This document shows positions 1 through 12,899 of a stretch of DNA of 64,000 nt, piece after piece. Source of the DNA: the human T2T-CHM13v2.0 reference genome, Homo sapiens; assembly GCF_009914755.1 (NCBI RefSeq), contig NC_060927.1; one strand, 5' to 3'. The notes under the pieces were generated by a model, which was not told the origin of the DNA, searched no databases, and saw only the letters and a list, made by a program, of their open reading frames with translations. Positions within the stretch are counted from its first letter, which is position 1; each line of letters begins with the position of its first letter. The translations under genes were made by a program, and so were the position numbers.

Positions 1-19
1 GGACGTGTACTGTCAATTG

Positions 20-853
20 TCTCAACATCTTCACATGCTTCCCTCACTGTCAGCTCACATTCAACATGACAAGTTTCAAAACCCATGTTACCTTTTCTAA
101 ATACTTTTCTTCTCAGATGGCATTGCTATCTATTTAGTTTAACAAGCTAAAACCTAGTCCTCTTACACCCAGTCTTCTTCGACATTTAGCAACTTATGCT
201 CCCCCTGAAATCTGTCTACATCTATCCTCTATTGTATTCACTTTCCCTGTCGCCCTTCATGCCCCCCTGCTATATTTCTCTGGACTATATGTGTAGCTGC
301 TCAAATGATTGCTCAGAGCCTTTAATAGGCAAGTCTGCATTTTACATTTCTAAAAAAGAATATAGGATACATTTCTCCAACTTATTGGCTATGGAACATC
401 TTTTTTTCCTCAGAGCATCTTCTGGAAAATGCTAGTCTAGCCTTTCCAGATGCAGTGTAGTCCCTGTCATTGTCACATCTGTCCACCCCTCTTTGTAGCT
501 GAACTTGTTATTTCCTCTGCTTAGAATGCCCTTCTTCCTGACTCTTGCCATCTGGAGAAATCCTACGCATATTTCACAGTCCAATTCAAATATCTCCTAC
601 TCTCTGAAGCCTTCTTTGATCTCAAGTCCCAGTACATTGGCATAACCTCTGAGCTCTCAGAGGGCCGTGTACTTGAATCTATTATAATATCTAAATTATA
701 TTATAGCTGTGTGTTTGTGCCTATCTACCAACAATTCTAAGCTCTATATGTTACTCACCTGTCACCAAGTCTGGAAATTTGACTCCCTTCTTTCACTTCT
801 TTGAACATTCACCAACTTATAGTTGATGCTAAATAAACTTCATGCAATAAATG
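20..853 (+). mobile_element. Degenerate L2 LINE 3' region
   Basis: L2-like motifs (ttcaaatatctcctactctctgaagccttc; terminal gatgctaaataaacttcatgcaataaatga). Boundaries approximate. Confidence 0.55.
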
Positions 854-1976
854 AGCTTACAGTTCTAGTACAGTGTTCAGCCTCTTCACTTCCACCATGA
901 TTCCCTGTGTCCTGGTGGAGGGTGTATGCTGGGGCATGAGAACATTGTTTCAGAAGGGAAGGTGGGACAAATATATCAGTAGTAATTACTGATCCTTATG
1001 GAAGGGGACTTCTGGGGGTGGAGAAGCCGTTCAAGATGCTTATGGAAGGAGACTGCTCAGGGAGGAGAGCCGTTTCTGGAGAGGAGCTATTAGGGAACAT
1101 CCCTGAAGCTGAGTATCAATGTCTTACATTTACTGAGCACTTTCTTCTTGCGGGATATTGTGCTCAGAACTGTGAATACATGTGAACCCTCAAGCAGCTT
1201 CTAGTTAATAGTTAGGCTTGCTAAAGACTCCTGGCTTCAATTAACAAAAAATGTCTCTGCTAACTGGACAACAAAGATAAGTTTACTTTAAGAATGCGGA
1301 AATTTCAGAATTCAAGGGCAAGAAAACAGCTAGGTCTCTGCCCTGCCTCTCACTCTCGTTACAGCGCTGGGCCTCATCAAGGTTATTATGCACATTTGAA
1401 ATATATTTGCCAAAGTATCTTCCAGTATCCTAAAATAGATAAATGACTCTTCAGTTTGGGGGCAATCCATACATTCCCAGTCTAGGCAATAATTATACTT
1501 CCCTGTGTAGACCACTACAGGATTTATAGAGCATTTTAATGTCTATTACCTTATTTGGTCTCCACAATCATCATTCAGTCACTCAATGATCTTTACTGAG
1601 GGCTACAACATACCAGGTGCTAGGATAGGTGTATGGAGACAATTTTTAAAAAAATGGACATGACCCCTGTCCTTATGGAATTTGAAAGTCTGGAAAGACA
1701 GAGTTCATATTTTTCTTATTTTAGAGACAAACTAAGGTGGAATGATTTGTCCCAGCAAGGTGGTAGAGCTAGGACTCAAACCTGGGCTTCCCATTCTGAA
1801 TCCAAGACTGTGATTTTGCCACGCCTGCTTTGCAATCATTGGGAAATCCCTGTGTATCTTCCAGGAGTTAACTGAAAGAAAATAATGTCAATGAAAACAT
1901 CAAAGTGGCAAATAAAGAAGCCCAAAGTATCAACATTAAGAAAGCAACAAAATAAACAGCTTCTGAAAACCCCAAA

Positions 1977-1977
<1 letters not shown>

Positions 1978-2024
<47 letters not shown>
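1978..2024. repeat. (TG)n microsatellite, ~23 units
   Basis: Uninterrupted TG run read directly. Confidence 0.98.
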
Positions 2025-2027
<3 letters not shown>

Positions 2028-3039
2028 GGTGAAGTGAGCTCTCAAACCAAAACAAGTAACAGCAGCAATAGCCACTTGAAAACAGAACAAAACAAAAAAA
2101 CAAAAACAACAAAAAAAGAATTTTTCCCTCAAATCTGGAATGCAGCAGGGTGTCCTTAAGTTGTACAGAGCAGTGTTTGATGTGAGCATCCAGGCCCTGC
2201 TGTGAACAGAGCTCTACATTCCACACAGCCCTTATTGACTGGCTTTGCTGGACTCAAATGTGAGCAGGCTACAGCTTTGCCTCTGGCCATTAGAAGGATA
2301 ATCTTTCTTGGGGGTCCCAGTAGGGTGCCAAGTGGGAATGCAGTGAGCGGGAGAGAGAGGCAGGAGGCCTATTTTGATAGGGAAGTTCCGCATGTCTACA
2401 ACACTTTATGCCTGCTTCTCTCACGTGAGCATCCTTCCCCCTTCTCGTGTCTCTGTATGTAGCCAGTATAGGCCTTGGTTGGTGGATGGGTAGAAAGAAA
2501 AATGTGATCTTCCTTTTCCTGCGCTATGATGAGATCTTCTAAAGGTGAATCAAATGGACAATTCCATTTGTCTCTGTGCCTCTCTATTTTTAAGCTGGAA
2601 GATGTAGCCTTAGGGTACCTAATTCCATAGATAATAGACAAAAATAGAAAGGAAAAAAGAGAGCTGCCTTAGACGTCCATTAAAGCCTTGAATAAGACAT
2701 AGTGCCTGCCTCAAGAGGAGGGACACATATGTGTAAACCATAGTTCCATTATCACATAATAATGGGCATGTACAAGTTTTGTGAAAGCCCAGGGGAGGAA
2801 GTGACAATACTTCTGGGTGGGTGTGTTAGAGCTGGGTCCTGCAAGTAGGAGTTTACTCAATACAAAAGTGTAATTGGAGTTCAGGAGAGAAGAGACAAGG
2901 GAAAAAATGTCATGTAAGCAAAGGCTTGGAGGTGTGAAAGAGCATGGTGTTTTCAGGGAGTATTTGAGGAGACACTGGTTGTTTTTCTGGTAACAACACA
3001 TTTTGTGTAATGAGATAAAGTCAATGATTGCTTGGGTTT

Positions 3040-3438
3040 TATGGCAGGGCTAGCTACATTAACAACCAACCAACAAATACCAGCGGATTAAGAGAGCAGA
3101 CTTTCATTTCTCACCCACTTCCCAGCACAATACAGGTTGGCAAGGGAGTTATGCTCCAGGCAGTCATTCAGAGACCCAGGTTCCTTCCATCTTCTGGTTT
3201 TCTCCTCCCCTTAGTTCCTCAGGTCTTTGCCACTCAGCTGGAGGTTGGAGAAAGAGAATGAGGATCAGGCACGCATAGGAAGTTTAAAGGTGATGTCTGG
3301 AAGTTGTGTACATCACTCCTGTCCATATGTATGCCTTTGGCTAGAACTTAGCCACCCAGCCACACTCAACTGCAAGGGGTCCAGGGAATTAGAGGCTAAG
3401 GGGAGAACACATTGTTAAGCAGATCGGTGTCTATCACA
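3040..3438 (-). mobile_element. Old MaLR solo LTR (MLT1K/L-like)
   Basis: Motifs cagtcattcagagacccagg, catcactcctgtccatat...ggctagaacttagcca, aactgcaagggg and terminal tatcaca resemble reverse MLT1K/L. Confidence 0.6.
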
Positions 3439-3789
3439 GCTTTGTGTCTGGAGAACAGGAGGATGGAGAGCATGAGGGCTTTATGCATATAAGATAGAAC
3501 TTGATGAAAGTGTTCTAGCTTCCCTAGGGGACAAGCATGTAATAAAGGGGTCAGGGAGGGCTCTAGGTGAAAGGTGCCCTGTGGCCACACTCCTTGGGGA
3601 AAAGAAGATGAATGATTCTATCTGAAAGGTGTTTGTACTCAGACAGAAAAAAAATCTGCTCCAGCCATGAGAAAATGGACAAAAAATCACTGTAGCTCAG
3701 CTCTTAAAATGGGAGCAAAAGAAACCCAGCCAAGTAGACAACTTACAGCCCCAACATTTAGAAAGCACCATGTGGTTTACTGTATGCTC

Positions 3790-3960
3790 ACACACAAGGT
3801 TCTCAGCTGATCCTCACAAAGGAGGAGGACCTGGTTGAAAATTATCCCTGTTTTAGAAGTGGAAAAATGTATGCTCAGAGATGTTAAATAAGTTGCCAAG
3901 GGTTGCACAGTAAGTAAGAGATGCATCTGCCACTGAAACCCACACTGTGCTCTTTGCAGT
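3790..3960 (-). mobile_element. MIR SINE fragment
   Basis: gctcagagatgttaaataagttgccaagggttgcacag is a reverse MIR core. Confidence 0.6.
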
Positions 3961-4924
3961 TTCACAGACCCTCCTCTGTGTAGCGGAGATACTGACCACA
4001 CTTTGGGGAGCTGACCCGGATCCAGCCCTGGACTGGGGGCCAGGATCCTAGGGAAGCTCTCCTCCATCACCCAGCCCTCTGTTTGCCTGACTTCTGGAAT
4101 CAGTGAACCAGCTCCTCATCCAGAGAGCACGTACATGTTAGCTGTCAAACAGTGCGTGCCGCATCTGACAACCCTAATATCACTGTTTGTATTATCAGAC
4201 AATTACCAGCCGAGCTCGTATTCATAATTTGACTAACAACTCGCGACAATGATTATTTTTCCTTTTCTGGCAAAACAAATATAGCAGCGTTTTCTTTTCA
4301 GCATCAGCGCTGATGCTCCTTGGCATTCTATCAGCTGAAGGATTTTTTTTTTTTTTTCAAAAAAAAATGTTAGTCGTACTCCCCCACATCTCGCTAACTT
4401 TACAGTCCCCCATGGCATCTGTGTGCAGTGAACTGAGCTGTTGAGACTAAATGTAATTTGCAATCAAGCTTCTGTTAACATGGAAATGTACCGGCTGGTC
4501 TGCTGCAATATGGGTTCTCATTCTGTCTAGCATATGGTTGCATTAAATCCAGTCTCCAGAATGTCTCTTGTTACCACATTGTCAATCCGTGCAGAGCAGA
4601 GAACCCTAAAAAACCACTAAAGGAACATATTTTTGGAATTGGCTCTTCTATTGGATCTTGACAAGAGCTGTCCAAAGACATACTTGGTTACTTGAAATGA
4701 ACTAGCCCTGTCAGATCTATGCACACACACACAGAGACACACAATAAACTTGAAAACTGGCTTGATGCTCTGTAGTCGTAAGCATAGGAATCATGCTGGA
4801 GGACAAAGGAAAGAAGGTGAAGGACTCAGCTTCACCAGATACACTTGAGACTCCTTTATAGGTTTTCTCTTGGTATCTCAATATTTAAGGCCCAGAAAAT
4901 TAGAGTTGGACAGGACATAAGCAG

Positions 4925-5155
4925 TCTTTGTGGCTAAAAGCGTAGGCTCCTGAAGTGGATGGACTTAAGCTTGAATCCTGACCCCAGCCCTCCCTAGCTT
5001 GGTGACTTTGGGCACATTCCGAAGCTTTGTGTGCCTCAGTTACTTCATCTGTAAAATGGAGTGGACGAAGTGTACCCTCACAACTTACAGCATTATAGGG
5101 GATTAAATCCCTACACACGGGACTTATGTCAACAAATCATTGCTATTACTTAGTA
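4925..5155 (+). mobile_element. MIR SINE
   Basis: gtgactttgggcacattc...gtgcctcagttacttcatctgtaaaatgg is the MIR core. Confidence 0.75.
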
Positions 5156-6036
5156 TTAATTACCTCTTCCTCACCAACCCTATTCCCAAATCTGATGCTT
5201 AAATACCTCCTACAATGTTACCACTATTATTCTCCTTCTCTTGTCTTGCACCCCGCTGGTGTCCAGAAGGCCAGTCTCTTCTAAGGCAGCCCATTCTTTT
5301 CCGTACAATTCTGTTAAATGGTTTTTTCTTATATTAAACACAAATCTTACCTGCACCTTGAGCCTTTCCTTTGGGTCATATAGAAAAGCCTAATTCGGTG
5401 GCAGTCCTTCAGGTATTTCAAGAGGGTAATCATGCACTCTGTAAGTATTCTGCAGTTTCATTTGGTACCTTTCATTTCTCCTTTGAATTATGCAGTTTTG
5501 CATCCCCTTCCTAGGCAGACACCTCCTCTCGAACTTGCCTGGGTATGTCCGCGCCAATCTTGATTTCTGCAGCCCAAGCTGAGTGCCGTGTTTGCAGCTG
5601 CTGTATCACCAGCCTGCAAACCAGGTCCTACCTGGTGATGAGTAAGGATTTGCCTGATTACTTTAACACAGCTCAAAAGTGGACCTATTTGCACACAAGT
5701 ACATCAAGCTTTATAAAATAGACTCTCCTTGAAGAATTAACAAATAGCAGTTTTCAGCAAATCATACTTTAAATTCAATGCAGGAAAAAGAGCTGCATGC
5801 CTACAGGTCTCTGTATCATGTTGCAGAAAAAATCCTTTTTTCAAGGAAGTAATTTCCATCCTTATACATCTCTTCTGTAAATCTAAAGTTCTGTAAGTTG
5901 TATGGAATGTGCTTTAAGTAAGAAACACACACAGACGGTGCACTGTATCTCACCGAAGAGATAGGATGCAATATCCTCCAACATTTAAAGGGCACTTTGG
6001 GAGGTCAGGGGAAAATGGAGGGGAAGACATTCTAGC

Positions 6037-7000
6037 CATTCATTCATTCATTCATTCATTCATTCATTTGTTTAAAACCTATTTGTGTGCCAGACACTGT
6101 GTTAGGCACCAGGCATGTTTCTAACAAGCTGCTCTTGCCACCAAGAAGCTGGAAGACAGGTTAAAGCCAATTAAGATATGCCAAGTGCAGGATGCTGTGG
6201 GGCCATCTCACCTAGTCTTGAGTAGCTCAAAATCCAGGGATGGGGATAGATATGAAGGAAAATAATTACATTACTATGGAATAAGTGTTATATTTAAAGA
6301 CTGTACAAACTGCTCTGAGCACTTTGAGAAGAGAATTTGTTCATCAAATATTTTATTGAGCACCCAGTATTACTGGATCTACAATGAAGAGCAAAACATA
6401 GTCCTTGAAATTTACCAACGTTACAGTCTCAAGTATTTGTGTGTGTAGTCTTAAATCAAGTTCATACACTATATTTTTTATTGATTGATTACTTTAAAAA
6501 GCTGTGACAAGTGTAATGAAGGAAGAGAACAGGATTCTAGTAGAAAATTAGATGGGGCCCTGACTGGAGAAGTCAATGGGATATGAAGGATTTCTCCTCC
6601 AAGTGGTATTTAAGTGGAGACCTGAGAGATAAATTGCAATAAGGATGACAAAGATGGAGACAAGCACCTGTTCAAAGACCTGAAAGAGGGACCAAGTTTA
6701 AGGAGTCTGAGGAACTGGGGGAAACAGGGTGACAGAAAGGGGGTGGTCAGGAATGTCTTTGCTGAGCAGGTGGCTCCACTAAGGAAGACTTAGAATGTGC
6801 AGAGGAAAGACAGGTCATTTCGGGCAGGACGGGCAGCACGTACAGAGGACGCGTCCAGGTCTGGGAGAAGCTCCTTCCATCTTCGTGGTGATGCGAGGTG
6901 GTGGTGAGATGTTCAGGGAATGTGCAGAAATGGAGAGGAAAGCTGGGCCAGGTCATAAATGGCTTTATAAACTACACCAAGGGATTGATTATACCTGCAG
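6037..7000 (-). mobile_element. L2 fragments with a (CATT)8 tail at 6037-6068
   Basis: (CATT)n followed by tgtgccagacactgtgttaggcacc (reverse L2 3' end). A second L2 end lies near 6340 (ttcatcaaatattttattgagcacc). Confidence 0.6.
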
Positions 7001-9760
7001 ACCCCACAAAAGCACTGAAGATATGCTAGATTGTCTTCATTTTCTTTTTTTAAAACCCATCTCCCATGCTTGTGAGTAAGGAGAGGGTAGAGGCATGCCT
7101 TCTGTATCTCTAGATCCTACCCCCTGCCCCCATTTTCAACGATGGGTGGTTCAGTTAAATTCTATCTCCTCCTTGTCACTTTGTTCCCAGCTCTGATTTG
7201 TGATCTGTGGAAGCTTTCATTTTGCCATTCTCTGATTCTTGTTGTAGTGACCTTGTGCTACAGTCTCTTGATATGAGTGAGGGGTCAGCAGCTTCTGAAG
7301 ACCAAGGAGACTCTAACTCAACCCTGCATGGTGCTTGCAACCTGTTCCTGCATTCTGACAGGAAGGTTTCACCCAAAGGTGTGAAGGATGAATCACCCCA
7401 TGATGCAGATTATTTTCGGCTGCCAGTTGGCCATCTCTTATTGAGATCACAGAAACCAGAGGCTTGTGAGACTGTTTAGCCCAGTGCTCAGGCTCAGTGG
7501 AGAAACTCATTAGCTCTATTTAATTAGAGAAAGCAAACACTTCCAAACCTACTTTAATGTCAGCCTACTTCCCACCACCTCATTAATATATTTTTAAAAA
7601 CTTTCACCTTTAATGTGGCAATGATTTTCTTAATTCTTTCAGTATTAGAACTCCATAGATTTAAGGTATTTAGCTAGAGAACAAGTAGAAAGATTATACA
7701 AGTGATAGTCATGATTCTTTGAACCAGTATCTTTTGGTATTACTAAATAAGAGATTTTTAAACTCGATTTTCATGTATAACCTAGATGAAGGTTGTTGTT
7801 CTGGTTTAATCCTATAATATTGCAATTTTTAGGATCATCTTTTTTTTTATATAGGATTTTACATTTTCCAAAAGGTTTTACATCCATCAGATGATTCCCA
7901 CAAAACACTGAAACAAAGTAGGAGCCGCTGGTAATATCTCCATTCTCCAGATGAGGAAGTCTGGGCTGAGAGCAGTCAAAGGATTTCTCCGAATGACATC
8001 TATATGCTTCAAGGTTGACAATGAGGACACAAGTTTCAGGCCCAAGTGGCTTGAGATACTGCCTGTCGATGATAAATAAGGAAGTTAGGAGGAGAAGATG
8101 GTTGTCTGAGAAAAGTGACAAACTCAGAGTAGGATGTTCTAAATTGCAGCTGACTAGAGAGCTGGAAGCTGGATGCATATTTGTATGGCTCTGTCATACA
8201 AAAGCTGCTCCAATACTGTGTGAGTATGGTCTCCTCAACCTGGAGGGGGCCAACATTTTTCTTGAGTCAGAATCTTTTCCAGGTAGCCTGAGAACCCACA
8301 TTAGGAAGTAACCTCTTAATTCATCCTAGACACCTCTTTGTAATCCCTTGGTCTTTTACTCAGGCTGACCCCAACCCAGACTTAGGTGTAGGTGACACTG
8401 ATTTCATAACATGTTTTCATATGTTTTACCACAATTGATTCCCACAGCACTCCTGTGAGATTTGGATTCTGGTCTCTGTCAAATCTACTGGAAAATGGGA
8501 CCCTGTTAAGATGCAGGCTTTTCCAGTAGGAAACAGCTAATGGTGGAAGACTGGGGGCTTGAAGCTTGGGCCTCTCTCTCCAATAGCGTGACTTATTCAA
8601 TCATTTCCGGTGAAACTCCCCCAGACACTTTGCTTTCCTCTTCCATTTCCTCTCTGTGTAGCTTCCTACTTTAGGATCTTCAGGAACTCTTCCCACAGTC
8701 TAATGACCAGATCTGCTTTCTGGAAACATTCTCATGTCAGTCATACATGTTTTACTACGATTTTAAAACTTCGAGTTATCTCTTTTAAGAGTATACATAT
8801 TCTCATTATTGTCTTCTCCCTGCTCACTATAACAAATACTTCTTGAGCCCTTGCTATGCTCTTGACACTGGGAGTACAATGATGAACAAGCAGACATCAC
8901 CTACATCCTCCTGGATTTAATATGGTTGTGGCAAGAAAGCTTTGTTTCCTATAAGTGGACTTCAGAGATCCACATAACTTATAGGCAACCATTTGTTCCT
9001 GCAATTTCAAGGTATTTTTAACCTTTAATTGTGGGTTTAGGAATACTTAGCCAAATACTCCTCCAGGTGACATATAGGCAATGAAGAGGAAACAGTACAT
9101 AAAATAGTGATGTGACTTCACATTTCGAAACAAAGAGGCAGGTGGTTCTGCTGTCAAACTGAGCATTAAAATATAACTGGGGGTGTAGGTGTGGGAGTTT
9201 CTCAATAGCCCTGGAAACAGCTAATATTTTGGTAGATTCACAGGATTTTCTCTTTTAATAAAGGGGATTACTTGCATCTTATCACAGGACTAAACAGTGA
9301 AGCCAGGAAATAGTATGAGTTTCCTACTGGTTTTTGCTGAAATTTTGGAACAGATCATTACACAACTGATTCATGGGTATTTTGAAGAAAAGACACGATC
9401 ACTAGAAGTTAATAGGAGTTTACCATAAACAGGTTGTGTTAGACACACCCCATTTCCTTTTCTTATTACGCCACACAACTGGTAAATCAGCAGGATGAGG
9501 AAGTTTTAGCAGTGGACTTAACACGACCTCTTGTGACGTGATTGCACATAAGCAGGTGAAATATAGGCAGGGTCATGTCTTACACACTGGTTTCACGGGC
9601 AGGTGAATATAAATGACGCTTGAGCCTTGCTAACTGTTCCATGTAAGCTAGAAGGAGGTTTTTGGTGAGGACTAGAAGCCTTTTATTCTGTTCAATATTT
9701 TTTGTTAATTACTTGAAAGATTATCTGGAAGAGGGAATACCCAAGTATAAAAATGACACC

Positions 9761-10101
<341 letters not shown>

Positions 10102-11599
10102 CTAACACAAAGAGATGGCGTAATATAGTAAGGAGAAAGAGTTCTGGCATTGGAGAGAGAATGGCCTAACCTTGCAGCTTGTCTCTGACCCCTTGACAGT
10201 GAAGTAACATTGAACAGAGACTTACTGTTTCTAAGAGTTCAGTTCCATCACCTATAAGGTAGCAATAGGGTTGTTTGTGATTCAGATCAGATGAGAATTG
10301 AAAAAGAAGTGTGTCAACAGCTAGTATCATGCTTGGCACACGTTTTCAATAAATTAATAGCAATAACATTAATAATAACAGCAAATTAATATCTAAAATG
10401 ATCTAGAACTTCTAGAACACAGGACTGAAAACAATGAAGCAAATCTGAACTTAAAAGATATGCGTGGAGATGATATTGGAGGTATCAGGACCATATTTAT
10501 GACACTCAAGCTGCTAAGAAGTGATTAACACATGTCAGACACTTCAGAAAGTACGTTAATGATGACTTAATTATCTGCGTGTGCTTGAGAAATCACAAAG
10601 GAGAATCTTATATTGATATTATATGTGTCTGATATCTTCATATATATGAATGGCTGCCATATTGAAGAGAATATGCATATCTTTATTTGCATTTTTCTAA
10701 GAGAAAGCCAGGCTAAAATTGGTAGTAGTTAAAAAGGGAGACAATCTGGATAATATTAAAACATTTTTCTGTAATAGTCAGAGCTTTACTATCATTGATC
10801 TGTGTGGCTTGTGGAACAGGAGACCCTTCATCACATCAGCTGGTTTTCCCTGTACTGAAAAACCAGGCAGTGTTGGTTGCATGATGAATGTATTAAAGCT
10901 TTGTTTATGCATTGCCGTGACTAAAGATCAGTTTCATGTTGGGCAGTGAGTTAAATGCTGGTGGCCAAAGGATAAAGATGTGACCTCCACCTTCAGTTAG
11001 GTCACAGTTAGGAAGAGAAGGCGCCCGTAAGTCTCTCTGAGGGATCTGAGGAAGACTTAGACAATTACTAGGAATTTTCCAGGCAGATATTCCATTTAAA
11101 GAGAGTAGCCAGTGTCAAGGTTAGACGTATGAGACATCATAATGGATTCTCAAAAAAACAAATGTTGTTGGGAGTAGACTTTTCCAGGAAGGCAAGGACC
11201 TGCAATGCCCTGTACAGAGTGTCAGGGACTCAAGACGCCTTCCCACTCTGTCTGTTGTATCTTGTACATACCCATGTTAGAGCACTGATCCTCCATATTA
11301 TAATTGCTGTGGATGCATCTCCTCAACACACTACAAGTTCCTTGAGGGCAGAGACCATGTTTTATATATTCTTGTATCTTCACTGCTTACCCTGAGCTAT
11401 CCACAGTTTACATACTAAATAAATCCTAATAAATGAAAAAGTAATTAAATGAAAGCAATATGCATCTCATTTAAAAGATGAGTTTTGGCATGATTTAGGA
11501 AGAGGTGTTTGGTTCTCAGAGGTTTCTAAAGCTGGGCTGAATGTAACACCAAGAATCATTTCTAGAGAGTTGTGCCTTTTCCACAGTACTTCTGCAAAT

Positions 11600-11842
11600 G
11601 CTAATGCTATTATTTAGTACATGGACACAGGTACTACACTAAACACTTTTCCTGCCTTATCATTTAATCTGCACAGCGTCCCCTCTGGGGTCCACATGTA
11701 TTTTCTCCATTTATTGATAAAGAATTTAAGATTTGGAGAGGCTAAGTAACTCATCCAAGGTCATAGATTCAGGGAGTGACACAGCTGGGATTTGAACCCA
11801 GGTCTGTTTGACTCCAGAGCCTGAGTCTTAACCACTACACTA
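11600..11842 (-). mobile_element. MIR SINE, near full length
   Basis: aagtaactcatccaaggtcata...gggatttgaacccaggtctgtttgactccagagcctgagtcttaaccactacacta. Confidence 0.85.
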
Positions 11843-12276
11843 TCTACAGAAGGAAGAGGAGGGAAGAGTTATCCGGTGATCCCATCTCCAGGGTAGACCC
11901 TTGAGATTCCCTGTGAATTAAAAGAGACTTGCTTAGTTAAAAGAAGCTGAGCTCTCCAGAATCTTTCGGCCTCACATTCTAATATAACCTCTGCTCTAGC
12001 AGTGGAGAAAGAGAAAATCCATAGGGGTAGGATGAGTTTAGAGGACCTGGAGCATTGTGGATGCAGGTGGATATGGCAGCCACCCCTCCCTGCTCTCTAC
12101 CTGTAGCACTACTACACCAGCAGACGCAACACTTGGTTAGAGAGCAGAGGAAATTACAAAATAGCCATGTCGGAGGCAGAAAAGAAGTGGAAATTGAGAC
12201 TCTTCTTGCCTTTGAATGTTTTGTATCGTCTGGGAGACCCATTGGGATGTTTCTTTTTGTTTTTCCTTTCGACTAG

Positions 12277-12340
12277 GATGTCTTCCATTTGGAAGCCCCT
12301 CTGCTTCTAAGAAGTTCCAGAGACCAGCCCAGGCCCACAG
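12277..12340 (+). other. Candidate 64-nt internal exon (probably non-coding/UTR)
   Basis: Long polypyrimidine tract tttctttttgtttttcctttcgactAG upstream and CAG|GTAAGG donor downstream. Confidence 0.4.
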
Positions 12341-12885
12341 GTAAGGAGGCTAGGGCGTACCTCTAAGTTCTATCCTGGAAGAGAGGGAAAAGTGACCTGT
12401 AGGTCTCCGGCCTGAAAAGCACAGTGCTGTCCAGTGGAACCCAGGGGAGATAGTGATTTTAAAAGCAAGCATGGAATGCGTGGCTGACTTTTGCTTGTTG
12501 CTTGAGTCTGGCAGATGGGGGTGGGCAGGAGGTTAAGGAACTTCAGCAGACGCCAGCAGTCAGTGGATGTGGGTGGTCGTTCTTCCCAAGTGCTGAAAAG
12601 ATGGTCACCTTGCACTTGTGAAGATAAAATTCAAACCTAAGTTTCTCTGTCTTGGAACACAAACAGCATAATCCTTTCTCAATCTTCGAGAGGAGTGTTT
12701 TCAAAAAGTAGCAGCATATAGGGAATACAAGGCTGCCTAAGGTTCTGATTCACAGATGTGAATTCTGCCCAGTCAAAAGTCTTGGTGTTTGTAGGATTTG
12801 TTTGTCTGCAAGGACAAAGATGAAAGGCAAGTTGCTATAAAACCTTTCTGCTCCCTCCTGATTGGTAAGCAAAAATGTCCACACA

Positions 12886-12899
12886 CTGCCATCTGGTGG
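12886..12899 (-). promoter_or_regulatory. CTCF core motif CCACCAGATGGCAG
   Basis: Exact match to CCASYAGRKGGCRS on the minus strand, in non-repeat sequence. Confidence 0.6.

Noticed and set aside
1836-2226. His/Thr- or Cys/Val-repeat ORFs (also 24468-24929 and 42075-42377)
   Set aside because: These are translations of TG/CA and TA microsatellites.
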